Assembly: GCF_036321535.1 (NCBI RefSeq)
Contig: NC_087438.1
Coordinates: 13,332,001 to 13,396,000 of the forward strand
DNA: 64,000 nt
From: Camelus dromedarius
Lineage: Eukaryota
Direction: 5' to 3'
Shown: piece by piece, positions 1 to 11,735 of the stretch
Layout of the letters: every line of letters starts with the position of its first letter
Numbering within the stretch: the first letter of the stretch is position 1
Notes under the pieces: generated by a model
Seen by the model: only the letters and a program-made list of their open reading frames with translations
Databases searched by the model: none
What the model was told of the DNA's origin: nothing
Made by a program: the position numbers and the translations under genes

Positions 1-1649
1 TAAGTTGATTATTATGATACCACACACATGGTATCATAATTGGTATAATACAACTTGGAAAATGGACGAAGTTAGAAAGTAGCATTTTTCACTGGTGATG
101 ACAGAAAAGGATTATGGAGTAAGTCTAATGTAAGCATTGTCCTGTAAGATGAGCAATGTTTTGAAAGATAAAAATATGGAGTGTTATGTTTTATCTCTTA
201 GTGATTGCAAGAGCCCAGTCGCATTCACTCATGTCTCTTTCACATGCTTTGTGAATAATAAACACTGAGAGACGTGAAATTTATTCCCACAAATTTTCTC
301 CTTCCTTAAGTCAACACATTTTTGATGAGCTTTTAGGTGTACAATAATTGACTTTCTTGATCTCAATTTTGTAAAGTATAAGACAGACAAATTTCAAGAT
401 ATAATATAATAGACAAAAGGAGATCTAGCTTCAATGTATGTATGATGAATTATCGCAGATCAAGTTCCATTCTCCTTCCAGTGACCAAATGAATCATAAC
501 TTGGTTAGGCTGACATGAGCATCAAGGCTGCAGAGAGAGAACAAAATGAAGAAACCAAGGGAGGCAGTGGGAATGCAGCCTATATGAGTGCACGTGAAAT
601 GCTGCTGCGAGGAAGGTTGGAGATTAGCAACGTGGACTGTCAAACTGCAGACTTGCCAAACTCAGTCATCTAATTCTGCATGTTTTCTTCTCAGCCAATT
701 CTTTTGTCAAGTACGGATTGTAACGTGCTATGTTCAAGTGGAGTTGCAACATAAGGAATGCAGAAGTAAGTCACAGTAGTAAAAAGCTCGGCAAAGAGAG
801 AGCTGATGTACCAAGTGAAGAACAGAAAGCTTGATTCATGCAGGTGAGTTGGGATAGCACAGCCATGAGCAATGGGAGCCAAGAGAGGAGGAGGGCTCAG
901 GGCGTGTGGCAGCAATGAGGAAGTGGTAGTAAGGAGGATTTACTAATTGGCACCGACTGACAGAGCCCTCAAGTTCATCATTAGTGTTTCAGGAAAATGT
1001 TTTTCTTTTTAAGAAATATGGCTCAATTGGGGGACATTTTCTCTGACCCTTGGACAGGGAAGAATGAATGAGGTGGAGAATGAATTTGGAACTTATTTTT
1101 ATGGGTTTTTTTTTTGCAGTATCTACATATTCATATTTATTTTAACTAACATGTATGTTGTAAATAATCTGAGAAGTACAGAATGTGTTTGAGAACAAAT
1201 GTCCAATTTTAATCTTAGCCTCTGATTTTAAATGTGTGTATGTGGTGGAATGTAAATTATAATTCATTAATATATAGATAGGCATTAATAAAAGCTTGAG
1301 GGCTTTATTTAGGAAACTTAAGTACAGGAAAATATAAATAAACAAAATAGAAAAAAAATCAATAAAGCATGGTGGAGTCCAAGTCCCTAATTTCTCAGAC
1401 CCAGATGAAGTTCAAGACACACATCTGGTTATACATGCAGCAGATCCCACAAAGGGTAAGGATAATACTTACATGATTTTAACAACAGTGGATCAAATTA
1501 CATCTTCAAGATTTTGCGGAATTAGAGCTAGTGTTACATGATTAAAGTATGTAAAGCAATTGTGCTCCCTGTCCCTGAAATGGGTGTTTTAAAATAACAT
1601 CTTCCATTTGATTTTCAGTTCCTAGGGCTAATTTTTAAAATATTTTTAA

Positions 1650-1806
1650 ATTAACTTTTTATTTTTAAGTAAAAATTATATATGCTTAAGGCGTACAGTA
1701 TGATTTGATATCAATATGTGTATGAAATGATCACTACAATGAAGTTAACTATCTTTTCCTCACATAGTAACATTTTTTGTGTGATCAGAGCACTGAAATC
1801 TACTTT
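1650..1806 (-). mobile_element. L1MA-type LINE-1 3' end fragment
   Basis: T-rich head, then 'aaggcgtacagtatgatttgata...tgaaatgatcactacaat...cctcacatagtaac...gagcactgaaatctact', the reverse complement of an L1MA-like 3' UTR. Confidence 0.75.
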
Positions 1807-2639
1807 AAAATATCTGCAGGAAATGTCAATAAGGAGTTTTTAAAAATTCCTTGCTATATTTAAATGTCATAAATTAGACATGTTATATAAATCTCTCAGA
1901 GCAATGGTATGCAATCATCAATAAATGTTTTAAAATAATATTACCAATGCAAATTCTTAATATTACATTTTCCTTAAGCAGAATATTGGTGGATATTAAA
2001 AATGATTTTATTTTTTAAATGTAGAAGTTGATTGATGTCATACTTACAAGCACACTTACTTATATGTTTAGTCATTCTAACAAGCATTGTATACTCAGAT
2101 CAAATAAATACTTATTTTTTTTTCCCACTGTATGCTCAAAAGTGCTCTCAGTGATAAACTACCTATGTATCCTTAATCTTGTTCCTTTAGTGGTCTTGGC
2201 CACAGATTTTTCTCTTGAAAATCAGGTTGCTGAACTGATTAGAAATTAGTCCCTTTCAAGTCTGCAAAACCTTTATGCTGAAAGCAAAGAGTTGTTTGGC
2301 GATAAATATTGTCTCTTAATGGAGAGCTGCAAATCTGAAGCAAGAAAAACAACAGATGGATATAAAATGAGCAAACCCCAATCAAGAACAGGATTATGTT
2401 TGAAGCTAACAGGAATCTAAGTCATTCTGACTTCTTTATCTTTCTATCTGCAGAGTTTAGCATGATGACAAACACAGGAGCTCAATAATTGGTTTTGAAG
2501 AGATTTATGCGAATTCAAATGTTAACTGACAAGTGCCTTTCTAAAGTAATTTTCATCCTCAATATTCATGGTATAGATAGTGTTGCTTCTTAATTTGTAG
2601 TTGGCTTGATAAGTGCACATATTGTAAACATCAGTGGTA

Positions 2640-4600
2640 TTAAAGAGTTTTAAAAATAGCCGTGTCTTAACCGACCACATTCTATTCCTAGCCCTGCTTC
2701 TCTGAAGCAATCACTCCCACATCCTTTTTCTTTTTCCTTTGGTATTCACCTCATTTTTCTAAATGTATGTTTTAGGACCATTTCATAATTTATTGATTTA
2801 TTGATTTATCAATTGATTTACTATAAAGATTCAACTCTTTAATATTATCCTTCTACCGCCTCCCCATATTACACTAGAATTATTATATTGCTGCCTTTAA
2901 TTAATACAATAATAAAGATGATTTTATTACTATTAGTATGTAAATATTGTTCATAGCTGATTCAGAAAAAAAGTTTTCTTATGCACCTTAACAACATTTC
3001 CTGAAGTTTATAATATTCTTTTCTTGTAGTTATTTTATGCTCCTAATTTTAAATTTCCTCAAATCTTCCAACAGATATGTAAACATTTAGAGGTAATCTA
3101 AGTGCTTATGAGAAACTTACTCCATTCGTGCCATTTCCCCACTGTATTCTCTGAGTTCCCATTTTGTAATTTCCCTTATTTGGATGTTGGACATTCAAGC
3201 ATATCTCGTATGTGTCATCTTTCTTCTAGCATTTTCTGTTTCTTTATTTTTACTGTATTTTCCAAGAAACTTTTTCAAGTTATCTTCCCTATCACAAAGA
3301 CTGTATAAGTGCATATTTTGAAAAGATCTTTCTTATTTCCCTTTATATCATATATTGTTCTAGTTGTATAGATAGAATTTTTTTTAACTCTCTGAGAATA
3401 TTACTTGTTTTCTCTTTTAAAATTTTCTTTTCATCCCTGAACTGTCTGCTTCTTCCAATTACCCTGGTCTTCTTAGCCTTTTTTGTTTGGTTATTTGTTT
3501 TGATTCCTCCAATATTAAAGTCTTTCCCCAAACATATGACATCCTGACTTTATACTCTTACATTCAAGCAAAAAGTAATCAAATTGACAATATTGTGTGC
3601 ATGTGTGTCATTTACTGAAGGGTGACTACCTGGATGGGATGCTAGGATTGTTTTAAATGTAATTGTAAGTGTATGAAAATTTTTTTCTAGAATTCCCCAG
3701 ATTCTCTATAGAAAACTTTTCTAGATTTCTACTTCATAAATACAGGTAGGTAAGCAGAAGCATTGAGAGACAGTAATCTGTTACTTTCCAGGATTTCTGA
3801 TACCTAAATACAGAGGCTGAGTTTGGAGGTTCAAATGATCTGCATGCAGATTTTGCTTTAAGACCTGGGCTTCATTCTTATGCTCTGCTCTGCCTGATAT
3901 TCTTGAATATTGCGCCTCCATCATTCTTCAAATTTACTTTTGACTCATGTCCTGATTAACTTCATTCCTGCTTTGGAGATAAAAGAATTTATGTTTCCCC
4001 AGTATCTATCAGGGCTTCTAAAAGAGTTTGGGTCACAGGTAAGATAACTTTTCATAACTTTTTAGTTAGATTCTCTCCCTTTTTAGAGAAAAAGACCTCT
4101 TTTTGTGAAAAGAAATTTTCTTTGTGAAATTTTCAAGAGCAGGGATATTCTGTTTCAGTCAGAATTACTCCAAGAAACAAATATCACTCTTGAATTAGGT
4201 GAGGACAGTTGGAGCCAAGATCTCTCCCCAAGGTGTGGGGAGGATGTGAGACAAACACAGGGATCTGGAGTGCTCAGTGATGTGCCCCCTGCAAATACCC
4301 TTGTGCCTGAAGGTGCAGATTATGGGGGCGTTCATGGGAACCTGGAGAACACAGGAGCCATGTGCAAGGCTCAACTAAAAGATGCTGTTAACCGAAGCCG
4401 TGTTTAAGTAATTAATTAGAATCTTTGATCATTTAAAAAAGATGAATGTTGCTTCATAACTACATCCATGTTTTCAAAAACGTCCTGATTATTAAGGAAT
4501 TTTTGTCTGTTCACAACATTCAGAGGTGATCTAGAGATGTTTCCTTTAATTTGATGTTATCAACTTGGATGCAGTTTTACTTCCTTTTACCTTGACCTGG
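2640..4600 (-). mobile_element. Degenerate HAL1/ancient L1 ORF1-like element, boundaries approximate
   Basis: Minus-strand ORF 3343-3531 'ILKEKTSNILRELKKILSIQLEQYMI' resembles the HAL1 coiled-coil; flanks have a matching T-rich texture. Confidence 0.5.
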
Positions 4601-5164
4601 ATAGCATGAGTCTCTGTTTTTATTTTATTTTTATTTAAAAAGAGCTTACTTGATTGGTTTCCCTCTACAAAATTATCATAATTTAAAAATTTGAACAAAG
4701 AAATTATATCACTATAAACCCACTATTAACATAATCACCTAATTTTAAACTGTGATTATTTTAATCCTTTTGAAGAAAATTTGAAATATTAATTCCCATT
4801 TTGACTATGTAATTTAGATTTTTTTTTTCTAAAGTGTTGTATCATTATGATTTTCTTTTTTGTTCTTTGTTGGTATTGCAGTATCTTTAAACCTAATTTT
4901 AAGGGTGATATAAAACTTACCATGTAGCACTCTTAACATATTTAATTATTTCTCATTGTTCAGAGACATGTTGGTACTGGAGTATATTCCAGCAAGAATA
5001 GAAATATGGATTCCCCCAGTCTAGAGAGCATTTCCCACCCTCCACCCTCCAGGAACAGCAGGGAAGCCAACTGATGCAACAGGAATGCAGTGAGTTTGGA
5101 GAAGAATAGTAAGTGAAGTCAAAGGGGCAACATGAGCTGCTACACGCTAAATTTTAGTCAATTT

Positions 5165-6079
5165 GCTCTGGCCTTGAAGACACAGCCTCTAGACACAGCA
5201 GCTATACGCAGGGAAATGCATTCTGCCAACAGCCACATGGATGTAAAAAAGATCCTGAGCACCTCGAATGAAATTTCAACCTTTGTCCTGAGACAGGAAG
5301 GGGCAGGGCACAGCCATTCAAGGAATGCTGCAGCAATTAACATCAAAATGGTGAAAGATTCAACCCCCAGTAGCCTTGAGGCTCAGGATGATGGGAGATT
5401 CAACTTCTAGTAGATCTCGAGCTTCATTAGACACTCATTGTACTATATTAACACAGTGAATAACATGCCCACAGGCCCATGGCAGTCCCAAGGCTAGCCA
5501 CAATAGGTCAAAGTGGGAAATGGCCAACATCTTGGGAATCCCAGCCCCTTCCCCAGGCTACTTAGACTGGTCCTTCCACTTATTAGCATATGAAGCTACC
5601 AAAGCCCATAAAAACTGGCAATACTGTGCCTCGCGGCCGACGCCTCTCTCTCTTCCTCTGTTCCATGATGGCCCGCACTCTGTCTATGGAGTGTGTACCT
5701 ACTTCTAATCTGAGCACCCAACCCCCACAACTCATGGCTTTTCTCTTGCCTTTCAGTGTATCTCTCTGAATAAATCTACCTTCACTCAATTGTGGCTCGC
5801 TCTTGAATTGTTTCCTGCGCGAAGCCAAGGACCCCACTTGGCGGGGCATGTCCCAGGGGCTCAGTCGAAGCCTGGGATACACATGGCCCTCCTCACGTCC
5901 CACATCTGTTTTCTTGCATCAGTCTGGTACCTTGATTTCATCCTGAGAGATCTCAAGGAAAGAAACCAGCTGGCAAGTTCCTGGAAGTTTTACTCTTGGA
6001 AAACCTGTTGATGAATTCATGTTGTTTTAATCTTCTAAGCGTGTGACACTTTGTTAAGCAGCAATACAAAACTGATAGA
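5165..6079 (+). mobile_element. MaLR MLT1D/E-like LTR split by the MER41-like LTR
   Basis: 'gggaaatgcattctgccaacagccacatg' before the insert; 'accttgatttcatcctgagaga...tgttgttttaatcttctaagcgtgtgacactttgttaagcagcaatacaaaactgataga' after it (MLT1 3' terminus). Confidence 0.75.
5289..5921 (+). mobile_element. ERV1 solo LTR, MER41-like (copy 1)
   Basis: TG...CA ends; 4-bp TSD gtcc/gtct; MER41-like 'ttagcatatgaa', 'ctctgtctatggag' and 'aataaa...ttgaattgtttcctgcgcgaagccaaggaccc'; homologous to 18359-19017 and 22201-22640. Confidence 0.88.
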
Positions 6080-6176
6080 TGGCTCTACAAAGATTTTACT
6101 CTACTCTATTTCAGTCTTTCCTAAATAATCCTTCTTTGTAAATACTCAATCCCCTTTATGTAAATTTTTATACAGT

Positions 6177-6664
6177 TGTCAACTGAAAAAAGATAAAATT
6201 TGCACAATGTAAAAATTGAAAATTATCTTTTATTTGGTGGGTTTTCTGAAGACTTCCAGCCAGAGAGATAGCCTCTCAGATAACACTATGGGACCGCTCC
6301 AAAGAGGTAAGGGAGGAGCCAGTATATAGAAGATTTTGCAACAAAGACCAGGTAGTTGGAACATCAAAAGATAACTGTTAATTAAAGAAAACCAGATATC
6401 TCAAGTTAAAGAATTGAAAGCTTTTCTACGTATGGGAAAGATGCAAGAGTCTGGCCTCGTTGAAATCATCCCTTTGATCTGCACCTTATCCACCTGGGGC
6501 CTGGATCCTGTGCTTTCCCATCCTGAGCCCCCTCTGGCTGCACCGTGGGGGTGGTTGGCCCATTTGTCTCCATCCTGAGTTTCCTCAGGGCTCACTGCTG
6601 GAGGCAGCTTGATGGCTGCACCATCCTTTGTTAACTGGTGTGCAGGAAACATTTTTCATTCACA
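6177..6664 (-). mobile_element. ERV1-type solo LTR, same family as 35402-35888
   Basis: TG...CA ends; perfect 4-bp TSD cagt (6173-6176 and 6665-6668); minus-strand AATAAA near 6229; reverse-complement homology to 35402-35888 ('caacaaagaccaggtagttggaaca'). Confidence 0.9.
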
Positions 6665-7529
6665 CAGTGATAAAAATATTTTTGCATAACTAATCAGTTT
6701 TCTAATTACCCAGTTTAGCAGGGAACACCTTTAAACATAAAATGTCTGCCAACTCATTAATTTTGGAAGTTAAAAGTCACTGCTGAATGACACTATCACG
6801 TATGGTTTTGAAGCACAGTCTGCCACCTTCCTACCAGTAACATTAGAGCATTCACTTTATAAAAGTGCATGATGACAAATACAGAACTAAGAACTTCTGT
6901 TCACTGTGCTCCCCTGAAAGATATATTTTATGGCGGGTATATACTTATGTACACCTAGGCAGTAATATACATTCTCTGAATATAGTAACATATAAAATAA
7001 GTTTGTGTAAATACACATTTTTTGAGGCTTTATTTTCTGGCCTGACTTCTAACTAAATGCTACCCACTATGAAGGCTATTGAAGTGTGATGGAAAGCTAA
7101 CATCCTATTACATAAAGAGGACTGAAAATAGCCCTCTTTTAGAGCTTTCTTGATGCTATTAAGAGATGAGGAAATGTCTTCTGTAAGTTTGAACATTACC
7201 ACACATTTACATGTAGCTAAAAAATCAAGTTACTATAACTTTGTTAAAAAAAAAATAAACTATTTGAATTCCTTTGAGGATAATAGATTTCAGCGGAGGG
7301 GTAAGCTATTTCAGCAAAGAAGGAAAAAAAAAGTCCTTAAGGCAAAGAATGAAGGAAAGAAAGGAGAGAAGCAAAATGCTAGGAAAAATTTAAACATTGA
7401 TCCAAGCATGTGGTTTTATAAAATATTTATTGAATATTTACTATAATATCACCACAACAACAAAAAAAAATGAAAGGTTTTCAAAGATTGAGTTTTTTCT
7501 TTGTTGTTATTGCTCTTATAAATGTGTAA

Positions 7530-8450
7530 TTTTTTTATTTCAAGTTATCATGAAAACTGTAAACATATAGAAAATTTGAAAGAATTATACACTATATTCC
7601 AACATACTATTCACCCATCAATGTATTTCCTCATTTGCTCTCTCTCTGTCTCTGTCTCCAAACACACACGCATATGTAGAGGTTTTACTCTCTAAGTAAT
7701 CTGCTATTAAGTTACAATGGTCATGGCCTCTTACCTCCAAACACTTCAGCATGCAGTTCCTAAGAACAATAGTTTTATCCTTCATAACCACAATACTAAT
7801 ACTATATCCCAAGTACTTATCATCAATACAGTAACATTACCCAATTTACAATCCATAATCAAATTTTCCTAATTGTCCCCAAATGTCCTTCATGGATTAA
7901 AAACAAAAACAAAAACAAAAACAAAACAACTAAGGACTAATCAAGAATCATATGTTGCACTGAGTTTTTATGTTTCTTTAATTTCTTTAATCAAAACGCT
8001 CATTTTTTTCTTGTTTTGCTTTTCAGGTCATTCATGTATTGGAATAATCTGGGCTATTTATTTACTAGTATTCCTACTATTGGGATTTATCTAATTGCTC
8101 CCACTCAATTTGATTCAGCTTAAGATCTTCTTTTCAAGAATATATAGAGCTTGTGTGGTTTAATTTCCATTGCAAAATTAAATAGATACACATGGTCATT
8201 TTTCCAAATCGAATCACTTGGTTTAGGTGGTTTTTGTGAACGTCTTTGTCATAAAATCACCTCTTCTTTTCCATAAAGAAGAGGTGATAATTGCTATGAA
8301 TGCTCTAGAGGTCTAGATCCTCTTCAAACAACAGATGTTCACCAAGTATTTTAGCATGAATTAAGGATCCTTGCCAGAATCAATTACTTCATTGAGAATT
8401 CAAAATTATTTTCTCTTCTATGATTTCTTCTGTATTTATTGAGAAGGGAT
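7530..8450 (-). mobile_element. L1MC4/5-like 3' UTR
   Basis: 'ttacctccaaacacttcagcatgcagttcctaagaacaa...tcataaccacaatac...caaattttcctaattgtccccaaatgtcctt'. Confidence 0.75.
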
Positions 8451-8669
8451 TTTTCTTTACATCTGTCTCTCCCTCTCCTCTCTTATACCATTGCAGAAAA
8501 TCATTAATAATTCACCATACTAATTCGTATTAAACATAATCATCATTCCTGTAAATGGCAAAAAGATCTTCAGCAAAATTCAGTACCAATTACCTAACAA
8601 GATGAGAATTAATGGCTATTCCTTTAGCATGAGAACAGATATTAACCTAGAGAGAACTTAGACTACTGC

Positions 8670-8870
8670 ATTTAGGAGGTCTGGCTTTAGAGTCAGAAGG
8701 CTCTGAATGTGCTCCAGTTCCAAAATTGACCTGCTCTATGACCTTGTGAAATAAAAGACCTCTATGCCTCAAGTACTTCATCAGTGAGACTAGTTAACAG
8801 ATGCTTAGAATTTGGTCCAGTGCATGATACATAGGTAATAATCAATAAATATTAGCTAATATTATTATGA
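8670..8870 (+). mobile_element. MIR SINE remnant
   Basis: 'ggctttagagtcagaagg...tgaccttg...ctctatgcctcaagtacttcatcagt...catagg...caataaatattagcta'. Confidence 0.65.
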
Positions 8871-9398
8871 TTATTATAAATAGTATTATTATAATTACTA
8901 TTATTGTTATTTCTTCAGGGATCGTTTCAAAAGAGGGCATGACTAACAGTGAATAATTACATTAGTTATACTTTTACATAAAAAGCATTTGAGCCAAAGA
9001 TAAACGCCTTCCAGAATGTAACACTGAACAACGCACTGAGAGATTTCAAACTCTCTCCCAAACCCTCCATGAATTGTGATGGGCTGGCTTTTCTTTGAAA
9101 GACAGGAATTGGGAAAGGCACAAGCCAAATCTGAACCCTGGACTCAAACTGGAACTGCCACAGCTGGGGTCTGATCCTTTGCTAGGAGGACTAGCAACTG
9201 CTAGGTATTGCCTTGAGATCGGGACTTACACGTCCAGCTCCCGTGAAATGGTAAACAGGGAAACAAAGACTGCAGCAATGATCAAGGAGGAAATTTGTGC
9301 TATGGTGCCATGTGAAATATGCATGTAATTATGGAGGGTAACTGTTCCAGGATCTCTTGGAGTCTTCTGTCTTGCGGCAAAGGTTGAGGGTGCTGTAT

Positions 9399-9780
9399 GA
9401 ATATTATTCAGCCTGAAAACAGAAGGAAATCCTTCTAAATGCAACAACATGGATGAACTCGGAAGACATTATGCTAAATGTGGTAAGCCAGACACAGAAA
9501 GACAAATACTGCATGATTCCACTTCAATGAAGTATCTAAAATAGTCAAAAAGAGAGTAGAGTGGTGGTTGCCAGGGGCTGGAGGAGGCAATGGGAATGCA
9601 GAGTTGTTTTCAATAGGTATAAAATTTCAGTTATGCAAGATACATACATTTTGGAGATCTGCCATGCAACTTGGTGCTTTATTTATTAATACTGTATTGT
9701 ACACTTAAAATTTAAGAGGGTAAATCTCATGTTAAGTGTTCTTATCATAATAAAAAAGTAATTAATTTTAAAAATAATAA
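9399..9780 (+). mobile_element. L1MA10/L1MB-like 3' end
   Basis: ORF2 tail 'caacaacatggatgaactcggaagacattatgctaa', 3' UTR 'gtggttgccaggggctgg...gggtaaatctcatgttaagtgttctt', then an A-rich tail. Confidence 0.85.
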
Positions 9781-9794
9781 ATTGTCCTGTTACC

Positions 9795-9900
9795 TTATAA
9801 ATCCTTGAGGACAGAATTTTGTCTTATTCAGTGTGAGACACCTGGCTCTTGGAACTTTACCTAGTGTCATGTAGAGGTCCCATAAATGTTTGTTGAACTA
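9795..9900 (+). mobile_element. L2 3' end
   Basis: 'ccttgaggacagaattttgtcttattca...cataaatgtttgttgaa'. Confidence 0.6.
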
Positions 9901-10149
9901 AACAATATCAATCATGTTTAGGATTTTTAATGGGAAGATATGTTTAAGTTACATAAGTTTAAATATGCTAAACATTTGTCACCTTACAAATTAACACTGG
10001 AGACATAATTTAAAATAATTAGTCATAAAGAACGAGCTTGTGAATAGTACACCAATCTCCATATATACATTATCTACATTAAAATAATGCTATCTCTTAG
10101 CAGTTTTTGGAACTAAAATTAAAGTTAACATATTGCAGTTAGACATTGT

Positions 10150-11340
10150 ATTTCTTTTTCCAAATCAACTTTATTTATGTTTAGTGTACAAATAACAAAA
10201 TGCATATCTTAAGTGTCTTGATGTGTTTTGACAACCGCACATGCTCATGTAAGCACTGGCTCTAAAATACAGAGGATTTAAATCACTCCAGACAGTTCCT
10301 CAGTTTCTCCACTATAGATGAAATTTGTTGAATTTTATGCAGAGACTCTTGTTAAACTTATTTAGTAAATTAAGCATTTGTAATTTAAAAAAAAAAGTTC
10401 TATTTATATGATTATTTCATCTGACAATAAGTGTAATTTTTTCCTTTGCAATCCTAAATCTATATTTTCTCTCTGTCATATTGGTTAGGAACTTGTAAAA
10501 TGTTTGTAGAAGTTGTGCTGGTTGCTACGCTAATCTTTATAATGAAATCATAGGGAAAGCATTCAATATTTCATCACTAGCGGGATTTTAAGTATAGAAT
10601 TTTGGTAGATAGGCTGTATCAGTTGAAAATAATATCTTTTACTCATATTTTGATGGTATTGATTAACATTACTAATTCTTGAATTTTATCAAATGTTCAA
10701 ATATTTTATTGAAAATAAAAAAAATCTCTTTAGATGATGATAATTGTATATTTGTTCTCATTTCCTTGTTAATGTGACTGGTTATATTAATTGATTTTAG
10801 ATAGAAAAAAATTGTATTCTGGAAAGAAATCACATTTATTATTTGTTTTTTATATTACCAGATCCTATTTGTTATTTTGTTTAGAATTTTGTGTCTATTT
10901 TTATGTTATCAGTCTGTAAATGCCTTTCTTGTAAAATCCTTTGTAAATTTTGGTGTCAGGCTTATTCTGACCCCATAAAATGAATCAGGAAGTGTATCAT
11001 TTTCCCTCTATTTTCTAGAAGAGTTAGTATAAAATCACATTATTTCCCCCTAAAAGTTTTGAAAATTTGCCAATTAATCAATTGGATCCTGGAGGTTTTT
11101 TTTGTGGGAAGGTTTAAATTAAGGGTTCCTTTATACTAGCAGATATAGAACTATTCAGATTATTTCTTGTCAGTACTGATAAAATATGTTTCAAGAAGCA
11201 CTTCCATTTCATATAGATTTTCCCCCCAAATGTCAAAATGTACATGAAATTATATTATTATCCTATTAATATTATTATCTGCTTGATTGATAATAAAGTC
11301 CCCTTTTACATTCTTTATTTTATGTCTTCTCTCCTCTCTT
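10150..11340 (-). mobile_element. L1ME-like 3' end plus ORF2 fragments
   Basis: 'caactttatt...aaaatgcatatcttaagtg...ttttgacaa'; ORF2 reverse-complement motifs 'gggaaagcattcaatatttcatcact' and 'tattctgaccccataaaatgaatcaggaagtg'. Confidence 0.75.
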
Positions 11341-11349
11341 CTCATCTCC

Positions 11350-11735
11350 TCTAACTGGTCAGCAAAAATCTAAGGGAATGATGGGGCAGAGATATTAAAT
11401 AAGTCCAGAAAAAACAACTTTGGAACATTGGCTTTGTTCTGTAGGAGGGTCTAGAGGTCATTCTGTTTGCCAAAATGATCTATGATGTGCTGGTGAGAGG
11501 GGCAGTATCATCTTTCATTCCAGGGGTACAGTATAAATTCCTCTCAGCAGCAGTATTAGAGATCTAAATGATGCAGTGGGTGGTGATCCCATTAATAGCT
11601 CCACTCAGTCTACTAGAATGATTCCTCAAAGTCAGATCATGGTGGATGAGAGCAGACAATTTCAAAGTCACTAAGAAGTGGCTCTGCTTGCAGATTCTGG
11701 GTAGATATTGTGTCTTTGGTGGATCAAGTTAATAC
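11350..11735 (+). mobile_element. ERVL/MaLR internal (pol-derived) relic
   Basis: 'attagagatctaaatgatgcagtgggtggtgatccc...gatcatggtggatgagagcagac...gtgtctttggtggatcaagttaatac' resembles the ERVL RT N-terminal region (IKDLKDAGVVIP...GSWRMTVD...SLLEQIN), heavily frameshifted. Confidence 0.55.

Noticed and set aside
4105..4407. 100-aa ORF over a locally GC-richer patch
   Set aside because: No recognisable homology, non-ATG start, and inside a probable HAL1 relic
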